64,000 nt of DNA, from the sequence record OP729297.1, one strand, 5' to 3'. Under the pieces are notes generated by a model that saw nothing but the letters and a program-made list of their open reading frames with translations, did no database searches and had not been told where the DNA came from. Numbering within the stretch: the stretch's first letter is position 1; every line of letters begins with the position of its first letter. The position numbers and the translations under genes are program-made. Below, in pieces: positions 52,884 to 60,706 of this stretch.

Positions 52884-53744
52884 ATGCAATATTTATCCAG
52901 TTTCGCTTCAATCACCAATACATCTCAACCAACCACTGTGTTTTTATCTGATGATGACAACCTGCCTCAGATCAATGAAGACACAATGGAAGAGATATTC
53001 CGTAAAGCACGAACAACACTAGGAGGTGGCTTTCAATTAAATCCAGTTCGTGGTCAAACCGCCGAGAAGTATTACTTCACTCAGATGCGCAATGCCTACA
53101 CATCGCGTAGTGCTGTGCCCGCGGCAGACAATACAGTCATTGGTGCTGCGCTTAGGACAGACGAGAACTATGCCTCTCTCGCTTCTGATGGTCAGTCAAC
53201 CGAATGGTCTGTGTTTGAGTATGCTGTGTCAGATGCAATCTATGTCTATCCATTGAAACGAAACTTCGTTATCAACCCAGGCCTAGGACACACGCAAATG
53301 ATCATGCCCACATTCTCCGTCAATCGAAGTATGTCCTCTCAGTGGGCGGGTTACTACCTGGATGCGTACTTGTGTGAGTCTGGTGCTGCACCAACAAAAA
53401 CAAATGCCTACCTGGATGTTACGTACAGCGGCAACTACAACGTAACTCCGACATATCCTGTGACAGACTCAATATCAATGCTTGACTGCATGTATGGCAC
53501 TCGATACCAGAGCACTTCATCTGGCACAAGTCTGGGCTGGGGCAATAACCGAGTCACAGATTCTTTCCACTCTACTGAGACACTGTTTGAGCCTGAGACA
53601 GTGAATATTCACTTCGGACTCTTTCCACTTTCCTCTACCTTATTCTGGAAATTTGAAAGAGACATAGACTTCACGGTAGAAGATAACCTTGTGCCTGGCT
53701 CTCGTCCCTTTATTCAATTCACTGTAACCCACACAGAGCTATAA
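52884..53744 (+). CDS. putative virion protein, paralog family member B
   Basis: MQYLSSF..LNPVRG..KYYFT..LVPGSRPF. Confidence 0.8.
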   Translation: MQYLSSFASITNTSQPTTVFLSDDDNLPQINEDTMEEIFRKARTTLGGGFQLNPVRGQTAEKYYFTQMRNAYTSRSAVPAADNTVIGAALRTDENYASLASDGQSTEWSVFEYAVSDAIYVYPLKRNFVINPGLGHTQMIMPTFSVNRSMSSQWAGYYLDAYLCESGAAPTKTNAYLDVTYSGNYNVTPTYPVTDSISMLDCMYGTRYQSTSSGTSLGWGNNRVTDSFHSTETLFEPETVNIHFGLFPLSSTLFWKFERDIDFTVEDNLVPGSRPFIQFTVTHTEL

Positions 53745-53753
53745 GGAGCATTT

Positions 53754-54119
53754 ATGTGGAAATATGAACAGACAACTGGCCGTCTGTATAACGCTGCTGG
53801 TAAACTTGTCGCTACTGGCTATGCTGGTAAAGGCGAGCACAAAAACAAACATGAGTCTCAGAACGTAGTGGGTATGGGTCCTCTGCCTGTTGGTCACTAC
53901 ACGCTGAATGCGCCGCGCACCAGTGCGAAGACAGGACCTTACGCAATGGACCTGACTCCTGCAAAAGAGAACGTGATGTTCGGCCGCTCTGCTTTCCAGA
54001 TGCACGGCGATAGCATCAAAGCACCAGGTACTGCATCCAGTGGTTGTATCATCATGCCACGCAACATTCGTGAACTCGTATGGAACTCAGGCGACCACCA
54101 GCTTGAAGTAACAGTCTAA
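53754..54119 (+). CDS. Tlde1/DUF2778-like L,D-transpeptidase-fold protein
   Basis: GPLPVGHY, GRSAFQMHGDS, ASSGCII (His/Cys catalytic motif). Confidence 0.8.
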   Translation: MWKYEQTTGRLYNAAGKLVATGYAGKGEHKNKHESQNVVGMGPLPVGHYTLNAPRTSAKTGPYAMDLTPAKENVMFGRSAFQMHGDSIKAPGTASSGCIIMPRNIRELVWNSGDHQLEVTV

Positions 54120-54143
54120 CTGTTGTGGCACAAGGACGTGCTT

Positions 54144-54152
54144 CTGTAAATA
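54144..54152 (+). promoter_or_regulatory. class B motif CTGTAAATA
   Basis: Only 6 nt before the ATG of the SLOG gene. Confidence 0.55.
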
Positions 54153-54158
54153 TTTAAC

Positions 54159-54665
54159 ATGGAAAAGATATCCTTTACTGGCCATCGCCCGCAATCGCTG
54201 GGTGGATTCAGCCCTAAGGCAAAATACCGCCTGTATAAATTCGCGCACCGTAAAATGCTCACAATCGACGATGATGCAATTATCTATGTTGGTTGTGCTC
54301 TAGGTTTTGACATGGCCATTGCTACCGCTGCAATCGAGCAGGGCCATAAAGTTGTCTCCTGTCTGCCTTATCCTGGATTCAATTCACGCTGGCCTGTTAG
54401 CAGTGTGTTTGAGCTTGACGGCCTTCTTAATAAAAGTCACGAAGTAAGAATAGTCACATCAAAAGAAGATTGGCTGCACATGGATGGTCAGGCGGGTTTT
54501 GCGTTGAACAAACGCAATCACTACATGGTCGATGAAACTGATCGACTCATATCATTATGCTGCGGTGCTCCATCAGGTACGCAGAACTGTATCGACTATG
54601 CGCTCAGGCAGAACAAGCCCGTGACATACTGGTGGAAGGACTGGCTGCGATTCAATAGGAAGTAG
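54159..54665 (+). CDS. SLOG-family protein (YspA/DUF1273-like)
   Basis: FTGHRP, GCALGFD, RNHYMVD, SGTQNCIDYA. Confidence 0.85.
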   Translation: MEKISFTGHRPQSLGGFSPKAKYRLYKFAHRKMLTIDDDAIIYVGCALGFDMAIATAAIEQGHKVVSCLPYPGFNSRWPVSSVFELDGLLNKSHEVRIVTSKEDWLHMDGQAGFALNKRNHYMVDETDRLISLCCGAPSGTQNCIDYALRQNKPVTYWWKDWLRFNRK

Positions 54666-54668
54666 CCT

Positions 54669-55424
54669 ATGCAATACCATGTTTCCAACTACGGTGTATT
54701 CAGTCCATTGTGTGCTCAGGTCTACGCATTCGATCAGAGCACATCGTTGCAGACGAGCGCCGCAGTAGACGCCGTGTATAAATCTTTGTTCACGCTCGGC
54801 CTTGAGGGTCAAGCCAATACAGTCTCTGGTGTGCTATCTGGTAAGCGCTATGCCTCAAATCTCAAGTGGGCATACAGCGCCGTGCCGACAACTGACGATC
54901 AGTTCCACATAGGAACGACCGTGAGCGAAGGCTGCTCTAGAGGAAACTCTAATAGCGATTTAAACTGGTCGGCTAACAACACTCTATTCATCTGTGATAG
55001 TTCTGGCAACAGGGCTTGGTCCTACGGTAGATGCTCGGTGTCTACAGGTTCGCAGTCTCCTTCTCTGTCTGCAACCATTGTGCTGCGAAATGAAAACAAC
55101 ACAGGGTACAGTCTGACTTATGTGGGTAAGGTCAGCTTTAACACCTACCTAAGTGTGGCCTCTGCACAATTCAAATATGCGCGTGGTTCTAGCCTGAGTA
55201 TTAACGCCAGCTCGTACTCGTACACCATAAACAACGGCTCGTCTGACATGCGCATGATAGCTGATACGACTGAGGCTGATGGTGTGAGAACGCTGGACAA
55301 GTACGAGTGCATACAGAACGGCAAGCTGTTCAGCTTTAAGCCTGAAGAACTGAACTTCGGTCAACTTGTCCCAGGCACACGGCCTAAGGTTCAAGCCTTC
55401 TTGACCGCCAAGTTTGACCTTTGA
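54669..55424 (+). CDS. putative virion protein, paralog family member C
   Basis: MQY..S start and LVPGTRPK near the C-terminus. Confidence 0.75.
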   Translation: MQYHVSNYGVFSPLCAQVYAFDQSTSLQTSAAVDAVYKSLFTLGLEGQANTVSGVLSGKRYASNLKWAYSAVPTTDDQFHIGTTVSEGCSRGNSNSDLNWSANNTLFICDSSGNRAWSYGRCSVSTGSQSPSLSATIVLRNENNTGYSLTYVGKVSFNTYLSVASAQFKYARGSSLSINASSYSYTINNGSSDMRMIADTTEADGVRTLDKYECIQNGKLFSFKPEELNFGQLVPGTRPKVQAFLTAKFDL

Positions 55425-55426
55425 TT

Positions 55427-55435
55427 CTGTAAATA
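55427..55435 (+). promoter_or_regulatory. class B motif CTGTAAATA
   Basis: Upstream of sbcD. Confidence 0.65.
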
Positions 55436-55451
55436 GCAGTCAAAGAAACCT

Positions 55452-56540
55452 ATGGACTCTGTAGTGATGAAAAAGAAAAAAGTATCTGAGATGTTAGAGG
55501 CTCTTGTCACATCTGACTGGCACTTCGAAGGGCTTGCTAATCATTTCCCTACTGACCACGTTGACCGTCAACTCGAAACGATCGACCGTATCTATCAGTA
55601 TGCAATCGAGCACGGCATTCGTCACATCTTCGTTCCTGGGGATATCACTGATAAGTTTAAGATGGACGACGAGACTAAGCGCAAGCTGCTCCAGTTCTTC
55701 TTGAAGTACGAAGGGATTATTGATACGTGGTATAGCGGTGGCAACCATGACTGGGCAGATATGTCGAACACCAGCATGGACTTGATTAAGACGTTCTGTG
55801 AGTGGGACTTCTTAAAGTCACTGCACATCTACCTGCGTCCTGAACAGGTAGAGATTGATGGTGTGATCGTTAACTTCCTGCCGCACCCTGCGAAAGAAAG
55901 TATCAGACACAAGAAGCCGTGCCTGAACTTCTGTCACGTTGAAGCAGTTGGTGCTCTCGGTGATAACGGTCGTCCGCTTAAAGCGAAGCACGATATCAAG
56001 GTTGACCCTCGTGACTATACGATAAGCGGACACATCCATCTTGCTCAGGTGCTTGAGAAGAAGCGCTTCGAGTATTGTGGTTCACCGTATCAGAAAACAT
56101 TTGGGGAAGCGTTGCCGAAGGGATTCATCCACATTCGCGCCAAATATAAAAAAGGTGAGCTGGTGGTTCAACGGAAGTTCGTTGACAGTAAGCCTGGGTT
56201 TAGATTGGAAACAGTTGCAATTGAAAATCAGAAAGACTGGTCACGTCTGGAAGTAAACCCTGCGATTCGCTACCGACTCATTGTTAAAGATACGGTGTCA
56301 ATCCCAGCAGATATTCGTACACGCGTCCCAAATATTTCCCAAATAAATTCCACGAATAAACGTGTCGATCTCGATAATATAGATACAGTTGATGTTAGCG
56401 AGCTGGCGCTTGCGGATATTGACCCACGTGATGGCCTAAAGGATTACCTGAAGGCTTCGGGAATTAAAAAGTCTTTGCGGGTTCGTGCTCGCAAGGAACT
56501 TGACGCGGTGTTATCTGAAATAGGGTATGCTGCTATGTAA
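55452..56540 (+). CDS. sbcD: SbcD/Mre11 (T4 gp47-like) nuclease
   Basis: TSDWH, PGDI, GGNHD, GHIH, YCGSP. Confidence 0.92.
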   Translation: MDSVVMKKKKVSEMLEALVTSDWHFEGLANHFPTDHVDRQLETIDRIYQYAIEHGIRHIFVPGDITDKFKMDDETKRKLLQFFLKYEGIIDTWYSGGNHDWADMSNTSMDLIKTFCEWDFLKSLHIYLRPEQVEIDGVIVNFLPHPAKESIRHKKPCLNFCHVEAVGALGDNGRPLKAKHDIKVDPRDYTISGHIHLAQVLEKKRFEYCGSPYQKTFGEALPKGFIHIRAKYKKGELVVQRKFVDSKPGFRLETVAIENQKDWSRLEVNPAIRYRLIVKDTVSIPADIRTRVPNISQINSTNKRVDLDNIDTVDVSELALADIDPRDGLKDYLKASGIKKSLRVRARKELDAVLSEIGYAAM

Positions 56541-56583
56541 AAAAGATTTAGGAAATTTCCTGAGAAAACTTTCAGGGATTATA

Positions 56584-56591
56584 CTAATTTT
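56584..56591 (+). promoter_or_regulatory. class C motif CTAATTTT
   Basis: Upstream of the histone-like gene. Confidence 0.6.
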
Positions 56592-56658
56592 TACATGCTG
56601 ATTTCAAAAACTTAATGTCCTAAGGACGAAAGTTCAATTGTAACTTGAGGAAATAACC

Positions 56659-57321
56659 ATGGCCGTAAAACGCAAACTGAAAAGCACCAAAGATCCTAAG
56701 ATGACCAAAAAAGCTGGCGCTGCCAAGGCTACTAAGCCTAAGGCGAAAAAAGCTAAAGCTGCACCTGCGGCTAAAGCTCCAAAGGCTACCAAAGCTGCTA
56801 AGCCAAAAGCTGCCAAAGCGAAAAAGCCGGCGCGTACCGCTTCTGAGAAAAAGTTCGACAACGAACGTGCTACTCACCTGCGTAAGCAGGCTAAGAAAGC
56901 AAAAGGTAAAAGCATCGAGCAACGCCTGAAAGAGCGTCTGGCTAAATACCAGGCTGGCCTGAAAGCGACTGCCGTTTCTCAGGGCAAAGTTCGTAAGCTG
57001 CTGCTGAAACGTCAGACCATCGCTCTGGGTAACCTGAAAGCGAAACAGAAAGCTGGTTATCGTAACCTGATCGCCAAGCAGAAAGCTCGTCTGGCCGCGC
57101 GCAAAGCTCGCAAGCCGATGATCAAAGACGGCAAGCTGGTCACTCCGAAAGTAGCTCCGAAAGCGGTTACCCTGGTTAAGCCTAAGCTGAAACCACTGCC
57201 GCGCCTGAAAAAAGGTAAAGAGACTACCCAGAAAGCTGTGAAGCACACTGGTACCGCAGCGCAGAAAGCTGGCGCTAAGAAAGCGGCAAAGACCAAAGCA
57301 AAAGGTAAAGTAACTGTTTAA
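56659..57321 (+). CDS. histone H1-like Lys/Ala/Pro-rich DNA-binding protein
   Basis: KAAKPKAAKAKKP-type repeats; SD GAGG. Confidence 0.8.
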   Translation: MAVKRKLKSTKDPKMTKKAGAAKATKPKAKKAKAAPAAKAPKATKAAKPKAAKAKKPARTASEKKFDNERATHLRKQAKKAKGKSIEQRLKERLAKYQAGLKATAVSQGKVRKLLLKRQTIALGNLKAKQKAGYRNLIAKQKARLAARKARKPMIKDGKLVTPKVAPKAVTLVKPKLKPLPRLKKGKETTQKAVKHTGTAAQKAGAKKAAKTKAKGKVTV

Positions 57322-57351
57322 TCGGCCTGGTCGATAGACATTACTACAAAC

Positions 57352-57381
57352 AAAAAGGGGTGGCTTCGGCTGCCCCTTTTT
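57352..57381. terminator. intrinsic terminator
   Basis: GGGGTGGCTTCGGCTGCCCC followed by TTTTT. Confidence 0.85.
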
Positions 57382-57393
57382 GTATTTCTGTCA

Positions 57394-57401
57394 CTAATTT
57401 T
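57394..57401 (+). promoter_or_regulatory. class C motif CTAATTTT
   Basis: Upstream of the MEIQVSLS gene. Confidence 0.6.
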
Positions 57402-57430
57402 TCTTCAATATCCGAACACTGGGGAAAATC

Positions 57431-59338
57431 ATGGAAATACAGGTTAGCTTGTCTGCCCTGGCTCCTTCACAATATCGACCGTACTTGAAGAACTGGACGC
57501 CAAACAAAGCGCTCTTAAAAATCTTCGAGCGCATAAGCGGTAAGACCGGCCGCAAGGCAATGCGCATTTATTTCGATATCGGCCATAACGTCATTAAGAA
57601 CGCCGATGTGTTGTCCACTGCACCGCAGCCTATCAACGATTTTCTTGCCGAAAAGAAAATCACTGTACTGGATTATTTTGCAGGTATCGGTCGTGATTCT
57701 CACGGGCGTACTGTGCGTTTAGGTAAAGCTCTTGCCAAAGAAGCCGAACTCAAGAAGATGTTCGACTCTGACCCTAATCGTAAAGTTGTAGCGCAAGAAG
57801 GTAAGAGTGGTCGCATGGTGTGTCTGTCAATGCACCCATACGATATTGCAGGCATGTCTACTGACCGTGGTTGGGTGAGCTGTATGAACCTGGTCAACGG
57901 CACGAACAAACACTACATCAAATCAGAAGTGAAGACAGGCACTTTAATAGCATATCTTATTGACGCTAACGACAAGAATATCAACAAGCCTGTTGCTCGC
58001 TGCCTGTTGAAACCTTTCTTTGACGTCGATGCTGTTAGGCCGAGTGTTGGCAAGAAAGGCGTTACTGTCGTATATCTTGCAGACCGTGCGTACCCAGATA
58101 AGAACGCCACGTTTGTAATGCAGGTTCAGGACTGGGTTGACCAGAATATCAATAAAGACCTTGCTGCCGGTAAAACTACGTTAAGTCTCGCGCTGCCTGA
58201 CAAGTTGTATGACGATATGCAGCGTGGCATGTTTAAGTATGATGCATCTAAGACTGCCGCTGAAAACAACGAGGCGTCCTACGCAGAACTGCGTATGCGT
58301 CAAGAAGTGCGTAATGATCCTGATGGCTATTTGTCGAAGATTACTGCTACGGAATATACGGACCGACTCGGCAACAATATCGCTAACATGTCGAAAGAGT
58401 TCTTCTCGTTTGTGCGTAAAGTCCTCGCTTCTGGTTGGGGCGGCGATGACCTGCTGTCTAAGGTCACCAAAGCAGTTGCACATATGGAGGCTTTTGAAAG
58501 CCCTAGTGTGTACTCTCAGATCAAGAAAGCCTATCTCGACTACGCCTCTAACAATCTGTCAGATAGTCAGTTGCTGGAGCAGGCCGAGCTGGTGGGCTTC
58601 AACCCAGGCCTAGCTATACCTCTTCTTGGTTTTGTCGAGAGTGAGGATGAGAGCATGACTGACCGCGTTACTCAATCCCTTGATACGATTGCCCTGTATT
58701 CTAAAAAGGATGGAAGTGAGGGTGGATATCCTGACGCACTGCGTGAGATTTGGGATAAGGCAAAATATTTTTCAGATTCTGATGGTGTGTTCTGGCGACA
58801 GGCTTCGTATGTAGGTTTCAATGGCGGTACCGTAGAGTCGGTACTTGAGGACATGAATAGCCGCTACAGCAAAGAAAATCTTGTGGCCGCGCTTGTGTCT
58901 CTGTACTTCGCTGTTCGAGACAAAGATAAAATTGAAGCATTGACAGCCAAATCGTTAAAGGCCTGTGATGATGTTGTTCGCCCTGATTACACTGAATATG
59001 CACTGCCTATATTTGACGGCCTGACTCCTATTAAGATTCATCTAGGCATGCGCCTGACAAACAGAATAGTGGCTGATACTCATGGCTTCGACAAGAAGAC
59101 ATTCAGAAAAGTGAATGCTAACAGATTCCAAATGGAGAAAGGCATCACTGCCTCGGATGTAATTAACTCCAACGTTATTGCTGATGTAGGCTTGACGTTT
59201 GTGGACAAGATCGCTGACTCGTCTGGTTTCGTTGCGTTTTACGTCAAAGACCAGCTTGACGCAGAGGCATATTCCGCGGCAATTAATGCTATTGAGAAAG
59301 CTATTGTTCTCAACTATCTCGATCACGCAACCAATTAA
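57431..59338 (+). CDS. large protein with MEIQVSLS tag
   Basis: 635 aa; HPYDIAGMSTDRGWVSCM motif. Confidence 0.85.
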   Translation: MEIQVSLSALAPSQYRPYLKNWTPNKALLKIFERISGKTGRKAMRIYFDIGHNVIKNADVLSTAPQPINDFLAEKKITVLDYFAGIGRDSHGRTVRLGKALAKEAELKKMFDSDPNRKVVAQEGKSGRMVCLSMHPYDIAGMSTDRGWVSCMNLVNGTNKHYIKSEVKTGTLIAYLIDANDKNINKPVARCLLKPFFDVDAVRPSVGKKGVTVVYLADRAYPDKNATFVMQVQDWVDQNINKDLAAGKTTLSLALPDKLYDDMQRGMFKYDASKTAAENNEASYAELRMRQEVRNDPDGYLSKITATEYTDRLGNNIANMSKEFFSFVRKVLASGWGGDDLLSKVTKAVAHMEAFESPSVYSQIKKAYLDYASNNLSDSQLLEQAELVGFNPGLAIPLLGFVESEDESMTDRVTQSLDTIALYSKKDGSEGGYPDALREIWDKAKYFSDSDGVFWRQASYVGFNGGTVESVLEDMNSRYSKENLVAALVSLYFAVRDKDKIEALTAKSLKACDDVVRPDYTEYALPIFDGLTPIKIHLGMRLTNRIVADTHGFDKKTFRKVNANRFQMEKGITASDVINSNVIADVGLTFVDKIADSSGFVAFYVKDQLDAEAYSAAINAIEKAIVLNYLDHATN

Positions 59339-59377
59339 ATGTAAAGCAATCATGTAGGGTAAAACAGGCCTTAGTCG

Positions 59378-59385
59378 CTAATTTT
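59378..59385 (+). promoter_or_regulatory. class C motif CTAATTTT
   Basis: Heads the 59.4-63 kb operon. Confidence 0.6.
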
Positions 59386-59422
59386 TACTCGATATGATTA
59401 CTAGACCCAGTAGAGGATGATC

Positions 59423-60706
59423 ATGGCTAAGACTGCCAAAAACAATGAAGTTAGCAGTATCAGCGCATCTGTTGACTATAGCTCTGGGAATATGACTGCA
59501 TTACGTGGTGCGCGTACAGCGAAAGAGTTCCGTAACGTACTCGATAAAGTTATCGCTAACGCCACCTCAGTAGTCATCCCACAGAAACTCCTGTCCGTCA
59601 GCGCTAAAGCCATCGAACTGTCTGATATCGAAGGCTCAATCAAAGGCAAACAGGCCAAGGCTATCGACCTTAACCAAGTTATCGATCTGACCAAGATTGA
59701 TATCTCTGATGTTAAGAGCAAAGCTCAATACAACCAACAGGTAAGCCAACTGTCTCAGGCGATTGGTGAACTGTCGGTCGCGTACCAGATTCTGAACAGT
59801 AAGACTTTCAGCGCATTCAAAGATCAGAACGCAGCCGCTAAGTCTCTGCTGAACGTTATCACTCAGGCGAAAGACCAGCAGCAAAAACTGGTTAAGCTCA
59901 TGAGCATCGACGTTAAAAACGGCGCGCCTAAAGAGCATACCAAGCTGGCTGCAACCATCGCCAACTACCTGTCGAAGATTCTGAATAAAGAAGACTATTC
60001 GAAGATTCGTACTCGTACTTTCATCGCGTCTGGTACTGACCCAATCTGTTTCCAGACCTACGTGTTCATTGATAACTTCGTGAACTCCGATGGCATGCAC
60101 TACCCGAACTATGCTCTGGTACTGTCTACCACAATCGCAGTAGCAAGCGGTATCAGCGAAAACTTCCTGACGTCACTCGTTGACGAGAAAGTTCCTGGCT
60201 CGTTCCCTATGGGACGTCAGATCGCTACCGCTCCTGAGATGAAGCGTACTATCAACCATCTGATGGCTCTCGACGGATTCTTGAACTACAGCGAGCGTAA
60301 GCCTATCAACCGTTCTACGCAGAACCTGCGTGACACCACCATGCTGGGTAATCAGCAACACACCATTCGTGGTCGTAAGAAAGAAATCTTCGACAACGTT
60401 CGTGTGCAGAACGATAGCCTGTATGTGCGTCTGGTTCCTGGTCTTAGCCCGACCGAGAAGAAAGAAGCTGTCACAGAGATTCTGGGCATGGCGTCTACTG
60501 CGCTTCGTGCTGGCCGCGGTGGTAAGAACAGCATCGTTCACCAGATGGTCAATGGCCGTAACGGCCGTGAGTTCGTTAAGATCTCTCTGACTGGTTCTGG
60601 CGGTACTGCGAAAGGCGTTCTGACCCTGCGTAAGATTGATGAAATCGCCGACGTTATGGGTCTGAACCCACAACAGAAACGTCTGCTGAAACAATCGGTC
60701 AAGTAA
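59423..60706 (+). CDS. putative virion/head protein
   Basis: 427 aa; SISA and SVSA sites near the N-terminus; highly-expressed-style codons. Confidence 0.75.
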   Translation: MAKTAKNNEVSSISASVDYSSGNMTALRGARTAKEFRNVLDKVIANATSVVIPQKLLSVSAKAIELSDIEGSIKGKQAKAIDLNQVIDLTKIDISDVKSKAQYNQQVSQLSQAIGELSVAYQILNSKTFSAFKDQNAAAKSLLNVITQAKDQQQKLVKLMSIDVKNGAPKEHTKLAATIANYLSKILNKEDYSKIRTRTFIASGTDPICFQTYVFIDNFVNSDGMHYPNYALVLSTTIAVASGISENFLTSLVDEKVPGSFPMGRQIATAPEMKRTINHLMALDGFLNYSERKPINRSTQNLRDTTMLGNQQHTIRGRKKEIFDNVRVQNDSLYVRLVPGLSPTEKKEAVTEILGMASTALRAGRGGKNSIVHQMVNGRNGREFVKISLTGSGGTAKGVLTLRKIDEIADVMGLNPQQKRLLKQSVK

